Assembly: GCA_019429125.1 (NCBI GenBank)
Contig: JAHYJO010000001.1
Coordinates: forward strand, 64,001-128,000
Length of the DNA stretch: 64,000 bases
Origin: Nanobdellati archaeon
GTDB lineage: Archaea; EX4484-52; GLR71
Direction: 5' to 3'
The notes beneath the pieces were generated by a model. It was not told the origin of the DNA, ran no database searches, and saw only the letters and a list, made by a program, of their open reading frames with translations. The position numbers and the translations under genes are program-made. Positions 8,930 to 19,089 of this stretch are shown here, piece after piece (position 1 is the stretch's first letter; each line of letters starts with the position of its first letter).

Positions 8930-9943
8930 TTATTCTAATCTATATCTTAAAAAACAGATAATTCCACCAAGACCTATTAGTTTTTCACCTGCTTCATGTG
9001 TTGAGCCGATGACTTCAACTTTACCTGCTGTGTTTTCGACTGCATTAACAATATTTTGTATCTCTTCGTTTTTTATTATACTGTCTGAAACTATGACTTT
9101 ATCTATTGCACTCATAGTTGCTGCTTTTTTGACTTCGCTTATTCCATAAGTTACAAGATGGGAGTCTTTGCCAAGAGCTTCCAAGAATTTTTCAATTTCT
9201 TTTGTCTCTCTTGATATTTCTGAGGATTTTGCAATCAGGTCTACAAAACCACGTTTTATTACTTCATAGATGCCGGTCTCCCCTGTGACAGACGATATAC
9301 CCATTACACATTTATTGTTTAATGACGTGTTTTTTTCTATCAGTTTTGTGATGTTTTCTTTTGTGAATCCGGGGCCTGCAATGATTATCTTGTCATATCT
9401 TTTTGAGTATTCTTCGAGCGCCTTTATGATCTCTGAATAATATTTGTTGTTTTCATGCGTGTCAAACATTTTTCCTTTGTTTTCGGCTTCAATTGTTCCA
9501 AGCATGTTTACTTGTGTTGCCATCACTTCGCCAAAATCTGCCTTTCTTTCGTCAAGGACTAAAATGAGGATTGTTGTCTTTACGATTTTTGTGCATTTTT
9601 CAAGCTTGTCTATCTCATAATTTTTCCATTGTTTTGTTATAGATATTATGTCATTTGTTTGTATTCTGAAACTGTGATAGCCAAAACTTATGTCATCAGG
9701 ACCTTCCAGTATCTTTCCTTTAAGCCTTAATGATTCTGTCACTTCGTCAAATTCTACAGATTCAATTGATATCTTAAGGTACATTGGGCGTTTTTCTTTC
9801 TTGTCTGTTGTCTCTACAGTGCGGACTGTTTTTGTGCCTATAATGTCACCCTCAGATATAATTTTTGATAAGTTCCAGAGGTCATCTATTGTCTCGGCTT
9901 TGACTTTTGTCTCTTTTTTTAGATCTTTTGCGAGGATTTTCAT
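8930..9943 (-). CDS. pelA: mRNA surveillance protein pelota
   Basis: DDLWNL..I..GD, G.YHS, IIAGPGFTK, HEAGEKL..LGGI...LRY. Confidence 0.95.
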   Translation of the reverse strand: MKILAKDLKKETKVKAETIDDLWNLSKIISEGDIIGTKTVRTVETTDKKEKRPMYLKISIESVEFDEVTESLRLKGKILEGPDDISFGYHSFRIQTNDIISITKQWKNYEIDKLEKCTKIVKTTILILVLDERKADFGEVMATQVNMLGTIEAENKGKMFDTHENNKYYSEIIKALEEYSKRYDKIIIAGPGFTKENITKLIEKNTSLNNKCVMGISSVTGETGIYEVIKRGFVDLIAKSSEISRETKEIEKFLEALGKDSHLVTYGISEVKKAATMSAIDKVIVSDSIIKNEEIQNIVNAVENTAGKVEVIGSTHEAGEKLIGLGGIICFLRYRLE

Positions 9944-10040
9944 AAATCATCACTTTTTATATCAATTAATCATCAATATTTAAAAACTGATGACAACAAA
10001 TATATACAGATACAGGTATTTAATTATATAGGTAATATAA

Positions 10041-11237
10041 ATGGCAGTTATAAAGCCCGCACCAACGGAACCGTTCACATTTGTGTTTGCAGCGGCAGTA
10101 GTGATATTTTTTACGTTATTTCTGCTTTTTGGGCAGGAACCTCTAACTGATACAACCTCTGATAATCCCATTACAATATCTGATAAAGGTGAAATCATAT
10201 TTTTTGCAGATTCTTTAAATCTTATATCTAATAAGACACAGAGCGCAAGGACTGTTGATTTTGGGGATTTTGATGTGGGTCACATTTCAAAAGAAAGGAT
10301 TGTAGAGAGCATTGATTCACTTTTGGTTGAGAAAGGGCTATTTAAATCAGCGTCAAAAGAATTTAGTTTTGATGGCGCAACTCTTGAAAATGCTCATTTG
10401 GTGTTTACTGTTTCTGATACTAATGAGTATGGCAATCTGAGGATATATTTAAATGATAAACCTATTTTTGATAATAAGACTGTCAAAGGTGCAGAATATA
10501 CTGTTGAATTTAACAATCTCTTGGCACAAAATTATATCCGTATTGAGAGTCAGTCAAGTGGTATACGATTCTGGGCACCTGCAACTTATTTGCTTTCTGA
10601 TGTGAAAGTTTCTGCTGCATCTTTTGATAATGTTGACAAGATGTACTCATTTATTGTCTATGATTATGAGATGGCTGGTTTTGATGCTATGTTGAGTTAT
10701 GAGGTAGGGGCTGGTTCAGTAAGACTTGATGACATGAATGTTGAGATTAATGGAAATGATATCAATAGTGAAAAAAGGCCAATGTTCGGAATTCTCTATA
10801 AGGAAACTTTTGATAGAACTGACGGCGTTATAGCTTCTAAGCCCGATACTAATTACATCAAATTCTTTGCTGATGGTGAGGCAATGTATGAGGTTGAGGG
10901 TGCACAATTGACAATAACTTATTTTGATTCTGATAAGGCTGCGGTGTCTGAGTATACTGTAGTTATTGATGAAGATACTTATGACAAGATGGCTAACAAG
11001 ACAATAGTATTGGAATATTATGCTGATAAAGTGTCAAATGATGCGCTTTTAGATGTCTCTTTGAATGAACAGATGTTCAATCATAAGACTGTAGTTTATG
11101 AGAACCAGATTGTTTTGAGTCAGGATAATTTCAGGCGTGGCAAGACTAATTTGCTTAAGTTTTCAACTTATGGGATATACAAGATTTCAGATATTGATAT
11201 AAGAATAGTTGAAGATAAGAATTTTAAGTTGTTTTAG
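10041..11237 (+). CDS. membrane-anchored extracellular beta-rich hypothetical protein
   Basis: N-terminal hydrophobic anchor followed by an acidic beta-rich ectodomain. Confidence 0.7.
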   Translation: MAVIKPAPTEPFTFVFAAAVVIFFTLFLLFGQEPLTDTTSDNPITISDKGEIIFFADSLNLISNKTQSARTVDFGDFDVGHISKERIVESIDSLLVEKGLFKSASKEFSFDGATLENAHLVFTVSDTNEYGNLRIYLNDKPIFDNKTVKGAEYTVEFNNLLAQNYIRIESQSSGIRFWAPATYLLSDVKVSAASFDNVDKMYSFIVYDYEMAGFDAMLSYEVGAGSVRLDDMNVEINGNDINSEKRPMFGILYKETFDRTDGVIASKPDTNYIKFFADGEAMYEVEGAQLTITYFDSDKAAVSEYTVVIDEDTYDKMANKTIVLEYYADKVSNDALLDVSLNEQMFNHKTVVYENQIVLSQDNFRRGKTNLLKFSTYGIYKISDIDIRIVEDKNFKLF

Positions 11238-11331
11238 GTGTTTTGTTGGGTGATGGAGATATTTACAGGATTGTGTGATTATGTTTTATGAGCTGTTTTT
11301 TTGTGTTAGTGTTATGATTTGAGGTTTTTGG

Positions 11332-13281
11332 ATGGATGCTGTTATAGATGAGATGGAGCACAAACGGATTGAATTAACACAGAAAGCGGCTGCTGTGCAG
11401 TTTGAAATTAATGATTTGAATACAAAAATTAGTTCAAGAAAAATGCAAATTCAAAATTTTAAAAATCAAGGTAATAATTTGTTAGTAAATTCTACTTTTC
11501 AAAGTATGAAAGCTCTTCAGTACAGGGTTGGTGCAAAAGAACGGATTCTTAAATCTTTGGAAAATGAGATTAATAATCTTCGGAATGCTGAAGTCAGTGA
11601 AGTTAAGGAAGAAGCTAAAGTTGAAGAAGAGGGTATTAAGTCGGGAAATAAATATTTAGCGGGTGCAATGGCTACTCATGGTTATATTAAAAATGTTCAT
11701 GGGCGTTTTAAAGGTTTTAATCTTTTTTTTTATTTAATTGTTATTCTTGCTCTATATATTGATATTTTTAGTGTTTCAAGTACACCTTTTGGTGTGATGG
11801 TTATACCTTTTTTAGGTGTTATTCCTGTATTTATCCTAATTGAACTTTTTTTTATAGTCTGGTTTTTTATTGAGACAAAGGATGCTGGCAGTCTTGTTCT
11901 TATTTCTATAATTTTTGCGTTAAAGAGAATTATACCTATTTTTATGGATGTACCTTTTGAAAGTTATTTAAAATATGTTCCATTTTTAATTGTTATATTA
12001 CTAATTAAATATAAATTACCTTATGAAGGTGGGGGTACTTCTGTAAATTTAAGAAGTATTATATGGACAAGTGTACTTTTTGTAATTTTTGCTATTATAA
12101 TATCTCTAATACCTATGGTGACATCTTTGCCATCTTATTGGGGTATTGAAACTGCATCTGTAGCGTCTTATGATACAACTGCACCAGATAGTTCTTCAAC
12201 GTCTTCTGCAGTGCCGGGGATATCAGATTTATGGTGTAAGATTGCTCCTATATTTTGTGATACGTCTACAGATACATCTGGTGATAATTCTAATATGGTG
12301 GGTAGTGGTGGAACTTCGGATGGGACTGTGAATACAGTTGATTTAGCTTTAGCTGTTCCTTTGAAAACTATTTCAACGAGGGTTGATGATTTAGTGTCTA
12401 CTGGTGAGTTTAATTGGGAAATAAAAAATGATGGTTTAAAATCAATTGATAGTGTATTATTTTTGATGGATGGTTCTCAAATACATGGTAATCATAGTGG
12501 TGAAATATATGATTTAGCCAGGGGGTATAATTCTCTATCAGATAGGCTAGAATATTCTGGAATTGACATTGATGATGGATTATTTTATAAATCATTGGGC
12601 TTGATTCCTCAAGGAAGAATAAGTTCAATAAATGTTGAATTTGGTAGTCCTGAATGTTCACTTACACAATTTAAAGCTCCAGTGTATTTATTATATACTT
12701 ATGAGATTGATTCTAATATTATGCTTACTTTAGGAAGTAAGGATTGGTGGAATAAACTTGATGAGCAAGGTGTTGCACCTAAATTGAATCCTACTAAATC
12801 AGTTTCGACTGTAGGACCGTTTTCTATATCTATTTATCCTGGTGAAATAAAACAACCGGTTCTTATTGATAAAGATGAATCTTTTAAAATATTTATTGAA
12901 ATATCTAAGAATCATCCGGGACGTGCAGCAATAAGTAGTTTTGATATATATCTCTCTCCTAAGCTTGTACCTCAAGATATTGATACTACTAGGTGTTCTT
13001 TTGTAGGTTCTACTTCTGATTCATCTTCAAATTTGGATTCGTATGTTCTGAGAGATATATTATTTAATCGAATAAATACTGCAGATCTTAGTTTAAATAA
13101 TGGATTAAATCAGGATATGGAATATAAATGTTCATTTAAATATGATTCTGCGGATTTTGATAAGGATTTTAGTGGTGGTTCTGTTCAAAGGTATATAGGT
13201 GTACATGTAGAGTATACATATATTTATGATGGTCTTTTTATCTTAAATACTGGCAATTTTACTGATATTGATGTTTGTTAA
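11332..13281 (+). CDS. membrane protein: N-terminal coiled coil, ~5 TM helices, C-terminal extracellular domain paralogous to the downstream lipoproteins
   Basis: Motifs KNDG, YTYEID, VGPFSISI, YTYIY are shared with the next three ORFs. Confidence 0.75.
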   Translation: MDAVIDEMEHKRIELTQKAAAVQFEINDLNTKISSRKMQIQNFKNQGNNLLVNSTFQSMKALQYRVGAKERILKSLENEINNLRNAEVSEVKEEAKVEEEGIKSGNKYLAGAMATHGYIKNVHGRFKGFNLFFYLIVILALYIDIFSVSSTPFGVMVIPFLGVIPVFILIELFFIVWFFIETKDAGSLVLISIIFALKRIIPIFMDVPFESYLKYVPFLIVILLIKYKLPYEGGGTSVNLRSIIWTSVLFVIFAIIISLIPMVTSLPSYWGIETASVASYDTTAPDSSSTSSAVPGISDLWCKIAPIFCDTSTDTSGDNSNMVGSGGTSDGTVNTVDLALAVPLKTISTRVDDLVSTGEFNWEIKNDGLKSIDSVLFLMDGSQIHGNHSGEIYDLARGYNSLSDRLEYSGIDIDDGLFYKSLGLIPQGRISSINVEFGSPECSLTQFKAPVYLLYTYEIDSNIMLTLGSKDWWNKLDEQGVAPKLNPTKSVSTVGPFSISIYPGEIKQPVLIDKDESFKIFIEISKNHPGRAAISSFDIYLSPKLVPQDIDTTRCSFVGSTSDSSSNLDSYVLRDILFNRINTADLSLNNGLNQDMEYKCSFKYDSADFDKDFSGGSVQRYIGVHVEYTYIYDGLFILNTGNFTDIDVC

Positions 13282-13332
13282 ATGTGATATTTTGTGAATG
13301 ATATATAAACAATCTAGCCCTAAATATATATT

Positions 13333-14274
13333 ATGAATAAAGGGATTATGTTTTTGGTTTTTTTTATTTTGGTTATTAGTGGCTGTACAGGTGATGGTAA
13401 TAGTAATGGTGGTTTATCTGTTTCAGGAAATAAAGATACTGAAATACTTGCAATTGATATTCTTTCAATAAATGATTTTGAAATTATTCCTTCTGAACAA
13501 CTTACTCCTGGTAAATCTTTTATACTACGGCTTGAAGCGGAGAATATTGGTAATAATCCTGTAACACTTAAAGTTGATGATTTTGGAAGTTATGATGGTG
13601 ATAAGATTCTTTATGATTATTGTTCTGATATATTTAGCTTAGATGACTCTACCACTTCATTTCGATTGAATCCGTCACCTGTTGGTATTCATAATGATAT
13701 TGAGATTAAATCAAATGCTTTGCAGTTTTTTGAATGGAGAATGAAAACATCTGATGATTTAAACACAATGAATGATGCAGGTATTACTTGTAATTTTATG
13801 TCTCAATTGTCTTATGATGCGGTTGCTTCAACAAATACTTATGTTTATTTTGCAACACCATTTGAGATACTACGAAGTTTTTATACAAAGCAAAATATGT
13901 ATCTTTTAGGAAGTAATATTGCAACAAATGGACCTTTGAAAATAAATATAGTGACTGATTATGAACAACCTATTGCAATCGATAATAATGCATGGACAAT
14001 ATCTATAAATATTGAAAATGTCGGTGATGGTCTTGCTGAGATTATAAGTCTCAATCTTGTGCAACCTAAAGAAATTAGTTATGATATAAATTTTGAGTGC
14101 GATCTTAATAAGGCTGAGAATCTTGATATTTATAAAGGGGGTTCTGATTTTATAACTTGTATGTTTACACCACCTCATGAAGATGTACTTATTGCTACTG
14201 CTTATAAGATTAAGGCTGTGGCAAAGTATACATATACAGTTACTGATAGTATTCAAGTAACTGTCAAGCCGTAA
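13333..14274 (+). CDS. putative lipoprotein (paralog 1)
   Basis: Lipobox ISGC; ENIG, GPLKI, ENVGDG, C-terminal YTYTV. Confidence 0.8.
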   Translation: MNKGIMFLVFFILVISGCTGDGNSNGGLSVSGNKDTEILAIDILSINDFEIIPSEQLTPGKSFILRLEAENIGNNPVTLKVDDFGSYDGDKILYDYCSDIFSLDDSTTSFRLNPSPVGIHNDIEIKSNALQFFEWRMKTSDDLNTMNDAGITCNFMSQLSYDAVASTNTYVYFATPFEILRSFYTKQNMYLLGSNIATNGPLKINIVTDYEQPIAIDNNAWTISINIENVGDGLAEIISLNLVQPKEISYDINFECDLNKAENLDIYKGGSDFITCMFTPPHEDVLIATAYKIKAVAKYTYTVTDSIQVTVKP

Positions 14275-14351
14275 ATATTGTTTTTATGGAATATAACCAA
14301 AAAGTATATATAGGGGGTATAATAAAGTTATTATTGTTAGCTGGTGATATA

Positions 14352-15347
14352 ATGTCTTTGAATATCAGAAAAATGTTTGTGTATGTGATGGTTTTTATGA
14401 CTGTTTTTGTACTTGGTTGTACTGGCAGTGGAAATATGACCTCGGGAGCATCGGATGTTGGTGTTGTGATAACTGAATTTATGTTTGATACTCCTGCTGT
14501 ATATCATAAAGATCAAGTAAATTTATGGCTTGTCCTTGAAAATCAGGGTGCAAAACAGGTTGCAGGTGATACTTCTGTGTTTATATATGGACAGACAATA
14601 TCTACTACTAATAAATCTTGGCAAGTATTTGGTGTACCTTCTTTAGAGCCTAAAACAGAGGATAGTAATATGGATTCTGTAACTTTGGAGGGTTCATGGA
14701 AAATACCGAATTATGATTTCCTTCCACCACAGCCTGATATGGGTGTGCCTGGTGGTGTTGCTACGTTTGAAGCAACAATGGTTGCACCTGAATTAGAACA
14801 AGGTGAATCAACACAATATACATTTTATACAAGGGTGTGTTATCCATATGAAACAAGCATGTTATCAACTGTTACTTCAAGTTCTAGGCAAGAAATGAGG
14901 ATACAGCAGGATACAAGTGCAGTTGAGAATGTAAATACTGCTGGACCTATTCATGTTAATCTTGCAGGACAACAGAACATTGTTGCAAGAGGCAGTACAA
15001 TCCCTGTAATTTTCACAATAACTGATGTTGGTGGTGGGTTCTCGACATCTATGGGGACTGTATGTGCTTCAACTCCTAGTAGTATGGATCGCGGTAAAGT
15101 TGATGTTAAAATTGAGGTTGAAGGTGTAATACTTGATGGTAGTAATACAATGCCTTATGGTGATGCTAATGGGACTCCTAACTGTAATAAAACAGTTAAA
15201 TTAATAAATGGTCAAGCAGAGATGAGATGTTCTATACCTGTTGATCCTAATCAACCTACAAGAGAATATCATATTCGTGCTGTTGCTGAATATAAGTATT
15301 ATGTTGGTAGTGATGCACCGATAACAGTTGATTACATTTCGGATTAA
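14352..15347 (+). CDS. putative lipoprotein (paralog 2)
   Basis: GGTGA SD before ATG 14352; lipobox VLGC; ENQG, RVCYPYET, AGPIHV, DVGGG, YKYYV. Confidence 0.8.
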   Translation: MSLNIRKMFVYVMVFMTVFVLGCTGSGNMTSGASDVGVVITEFMFDTPAVYHKDQVNLWLVLENQGAKQVAGDTSVFIYGQTISTTNKSWQVFGVPSLEPKTEDSNMDSVTLEGSWKIPNYDFLPPQPDMGVPGGVATFEATMVAPELEQGESTQYTFYTRVCYPYETSMLSTVTSSSRQEMRIQQDTSAVENVNTAGPIHVNLAGQQNIVARGSTIPVIFTITDVGGGFSTSMGTVCASTPSSMDRGKVDVKIEVEGVILDGSNTMPYGDANGTPNCNKTVKLINGQAEMRCSIPVDPNQPTREYHIRAVAEYKYYVGSDAPITVDYISD

Positions 15348-15440
15348 TCATCTCTCTTTTTTTTTATTTTTTCAATAGTTCTCTTATTTTTTTGGTTTTT
15401 GTATTTAATCTATTTAAATATGGGTGATACAAGAATTAGT

Positions 15441-16445
15441 ATGAGTTCTAATAGTCATTCTTATATCTATTTATTTGTTGCAGTTGTGCTTTTTTTATCA
15501 GGATGCACTGGTGATACTTATTCAACAGGGAGTTCATCTTCAGGTTTTTCAGGTTATGGTAACGGAATAAAGATACAATCTTTCGGGTTTTCGTCAGATA
15601 AGGTCTATAGTGGTATTCCTGCAGTCCTTTCTGTTGAAATGCAAAATCTTGGTGCAAAAGATACAGAAAATATTTATGTGTATCTTTATGGGTTGAGCAG
15701 GGGTGAGAATGAGTGGTTCAATGATATTTCTGATATAGATTATAGTGGTGCTGAGATGGCTTCAGGAGACCCTAGGATACTTGTTATTGATTCACTTATG
15801 GCACCTGTTAAAAGTATGGATTCAAGTGGTGAGTCTGCATATATCTCATGGGTCATGGATGCACCTCGAGATCTGCCTGAGGAACAGGTGTTTAAGTATT
15901 CAGCAGGAGTACGTATATGTTATCCTTATGAAACAACAGCTGTTGCTAAAATTGAGGTTTTAGGCAAAGAAGAATATCTTTCAAGGAATAGTAATGGTCG
16001 TCTTAAAATGCATCCTATTGTACTTTCTACAACAGCAGGACCTATTGAAGTTGTTATGACAACAGAACAGCCCATGCTGCTTACAGAGGGGGATAAATTG
16101 ACATTTAGGGCAAAGCTTGTTGATCGTGGTGGTGGCACAATTACTATGAATGATTGTATTGGTGCGGTTGATTGGGAAAATAATGTTCTTGACCTTTTTA
16201 CGCTTCATGATAAGGTTATTATTACATTGGGGGGTAGAGATTGCGAGTTAGGTCTTCGGGAATTATATTTTAAAATTTCAAATTCGGAGCCACCAACAGC
16301 GGACTTTCCTGTAACTTGTAGTGTTCCATCATTTGATACTCCCGAACTTAGTCTTGATCTCGCTATGAAGCTTGATTACAATTACTTTATTGACAAGAGT
16401 GCAGTAATCAGTGTTGAGGGCATGGGTGAAAAAAAACTTGAATAG
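15441..16445 (+). CDS. putative lipoprotein (paralog 3)
   Basis: Lipobox LSGC; QNLG, RICYPYET, AGPIEV, DRGGG, YNYFI. Confidence 0.8.
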   Translation: MSSNSHSYIYLFVAVVLFLSGCTGDTYSTGSSSSGFSGYGNGIKIQSFGFSSDKVYSGIPAVLSVEMQNLGAKDTENIYVYLYGLSRGENEWFNDISDIDYSGAEMASGDPRILVIDSLMAPVKSMDSSGESAYISWVMDAPRDLPEEQVFKYSAGVRICYPYETTAVAKIEVLGKEEYLSRNSNGRLKMHPIVLSTTAGPIEVVMTTEQPMLLTEGDKLTFRAKLVDRGGGTITMNDCIGAVDWENNVLDLFTLHDKVIITLGGRDCELGLRELYFKISNSEPPTADFPVTCSVPSFDTPELSLDLAMKLDYNYFIDKSAVISVEGMGEKKLE

Positions 16446-16463
16446 AGGATTTAATTGTTATAG

Positions 16464-16890
16464 TGTCATAACTTTGACATTTATGACCTTTTTTATTTTT
16501 TAGCGTTTTTTCAAAACCTGAATTTGACAGATATTAGTATTTTAATTGATTGCGTTTATTACGTTTTTTCACACATTTTTTAATACTTTATTTGACAGTT
16601 TGTATGCCAAAGTCAAAATATTGTATTATTGTTTGATCTATATCGAAATTCAGATTTAATCTTTAATAAAAATTGATAAAATTCACAAAAATTAGCCAAA
16701 TGAATTTGACATTTGGGCTAAAATTCACAAAAATTATGAAAAAAAGAGACATTTAGTCTTATTTTTATCCAAAAATTAGTATATTTTACTAAAAAATAAA
16801 GAAATTTCATGATTAACTCAAGCAAAAATGCTCAAAAATTGCCAACTGTCAAATAGGTTTTCAGAATTAAATAGAGATTAAACTGTCAAA
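16464..16890. repeat. array of TTTGACA(G/T) motifs in a convergent intergenic region
   Basis: Forward copies at 16473, 16523, 16591, 16705; reverse copies at 16847, 16884; plus 17-bp direct repeat AAAATTCACAAAAATTA x2. Confidence 0.75.
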
Positions 16891-16938
16891 CTTAGGATAG
16901 TATATAAAAAATAAAAAAAGAGAAGGTATGGGGGGTTT

Positions 16939-19014
16939 TTAGATATTATCTAAAATCTGCTTGATATCTTCTTTTCGTTCTTCGCGGACTGCTTTTCTTT
17001 TTGGTGTTGCTTTCTTGACTTCTGCTTTTTTATCTGTGTCTTTTTTAGTCTCATTTTTTTTAACTGGTTTTTTAGCAGGTGTAATTTCAGCTTTTTTTGT
17101 GTCTTCTTTTTTTACTTCCGCTTTCTTTTCTGTAGTTGACTTTTTTTCAGTCTTGTCAGATTTCTTTTCTTCTTTTTTATCTTTAGTTTCTTTTTCTTCC
17201 TTTTTGTTCTCTTCATCTTTGTCTTCTTTTAGAAGTTCAGGGCCAAAGATAATAAGAAGAATTATTATAATTCCAACAATGATTGCAGTTAGGATGTTTG
17301 TAGGAAATTTTTTGTCTTCTTTGTCTATGTTATTTGTTTTGGTGTCTTGTGATTGTATTGTATCTTTTTTGTCATCTGTAACAGTTACTTTTCCTGTTAT
17401 TGGGGCAACTGTATCTTCTGATTTGAAAGCAAATGCAAGTTCTTTTTCAACAAGTGTTCCTAGATTAGATTTTATAGATACTTTTATTTTATATGTACCT
17501 TCTGCAGTGTTATATTCTGGAGATGCATAGACATATATTTCTGTTGATTCGCCTGGTTTTAGGGATAGTGTATCTGGGTTGATTGTTGTCCATTTTGGGC
17601 CATCTAAAACTGCTGTGTATTCTGCATCAAATTCACCTTCATTTTTTATTGTCAATGTGTAAAGGTAGCCTTTCATATCTTCAGCAAATATGGAATCACT
17701 GTCGCTTGTCACACTTGTACCATAACATGTGTCAAATTCTTTTATTGATACAATGAATTCTTTACTGTCTCCAATTCTTTTGGAATTGATTGTCAATAAT
17801 ATGTTAGTGTCTTTTGTATCTGCTTTTTCGGTTTCGATAATAAGCAATATTTTTTTACTTTCACCAGCACCAAGCGTTAGCTCTGTATCAGATACAGATC
17901 CTTTACTTGTGGCAATTGTGTATGTATCTTCTTTTTTACCTGTATTTTTTATCTCAACTTCAAAACCAGTTGATGCACCTGGACAAATTTTTGTTGTAGT
18001 CTTGTCTGCTAAAATTTCTGCGGTGTAACATTTTTCAACTGTTATTGTACCGTATGCAGTATCTTTAGCATTTTCTGAATTGATTTTTATGCTGTAATCT
18101 ATATCACCTATATCAAGTCCTTCTGTTGAGATTTCAAGATATGTATCTGCAACTTCTTTTGATTTAAGTTCAAGTTCGTTTTTGTTGAAGTATGCATTTG
18201 GTGTGTCTGTAGATAATGTGAATGTTTCGGTCTTGTAACCTGTATTTTTTGTAGTTACAACTATTTTTGCACTGTCACCTTTACAGACTGTTGTTTTTGG
18301 TGGGATGTTAAGCACTGCAATACCGTAGCATGCGCCTTCAGAAACAACTTCTATATCTGCTGTTGCTGTTGCGTATGATGTTGTGGATTGTGCTTGTATG
18401 ATTACAGTCTCTTTGTTTTTTGCAACAGGTATGGATAGTGTTTTTGTCTTTTCACTATTTGATTTTATCGTTATTGTATTTGTACCAAATGTGCCTGTTG
18501 AGGATTTTAATATGAATGTCTCTTCAGTTTTTCCTGTGTTTGAGAATGTTATGTCAACTGTCTTTGTATCACCAATACATGCTTCAACAAGTTCTGTTTC
18601 AGGTGATAGTTCTATACCGTGGCATTTCATGACAATGAAATTTATGGTGTCTTTGTATTTTTTAGTTCTGTCAGAATCGGGTGTTGCAGTTAATGTTAAT
18701 GTGTATTGACCATCTTCAGCATTAATTGCTGGTTTTATCCAAAGCGCAAATGTTTTTGATTTACCTGCGTCAAGAGTAATTATGTCATTACCTATAGTTA
18801 TCCAGTTACTGTCTGAGGTTATTTTGTATCGTTGTGTATCAGTACCTAAATTCTTTAGTGTTGCGGTAATCATCGTGTCTTCAACAGGACATGATGCTGC
18901 GGTCTGAGTACTTAACTCAAGAGCTGCATTATTATCAGCACCAAAAACTGGTTGTAATGTTACCAGTATGATTATGATACTTAATGCGAAAAAAGCGTAT
19001 TTATTCATTTTCAT
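16939..19014 (-). CDS. cell-surface protein with ~5 Ig-like (CARDB/NPCBM-assoc-like) repeats, TM anchor and Lys/Glu-rich tail
   Basis: Signal peptide, repeated C...KNTG..ETF units, C-terminal TM. Confidence 0.8.
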   Translation of the reverse strand: MKMNKYAFFALSIIIILVTLQPVFGADNNAALELSTQTAASCPVEDTMITATLKNLGTDTQRYKITSDSNWITIGNDIITLDAGKSKTFALWIKPAINAEDGQYTLTLTATPDSDRTKKYKDTINFIVMKCHGIELSPETELVEACIGDTKTVDITFSNTGKTEETFILKSSTGTFGTNTITIKSNSEKTKTLSIPVAKNKETVIIQAQSTTSYATATADIEVVSEGACYGIAVLNIPPKTTVCKGDSAKIVVTTKNTGYKTETFTLSTDTPNAYFNKNELELKSKEVADTYLEISTEGLDIGDIDYSIKINSENAKDTAYGTITVEKCYTAEILADKTTTKICPGASTGFEVEIKNTGKKEDTYTIATSKGSVSDTELTLGAGESKKILLIIETEKADTKDTNILLTINSKRIGDSKEFIVSIKEFDTCYGTSVTSDSDSIFAEDMKGYLYTLTIKNEGEFDAEYTAVLDGPKWTTINPDTLSLKPGESTEIYVYASPEYNTAEGTYKIKVSIKSNLGTLVEKELAFAFKSEDTVAPITGKVTVTDDKKDTIQSQDTKTNNIDKEDKKFPTNILTAIIVGIIIILLIIFGPELLKEDKDEENKKEEKETKDKKEEKKSDKTEKKSTTEKKAEVKKEDTKKAEITPAKKPVKKNETKKDTDKKAEVKKATPKRKAVREERKEDIKQILDNI

Positions 19015-19089
19015 ATTAATTCACCACCAAATAGAGTTAAAATATATTTAAGTTGTATAAACTTATAAATATTACTATATTTGTCTGTT

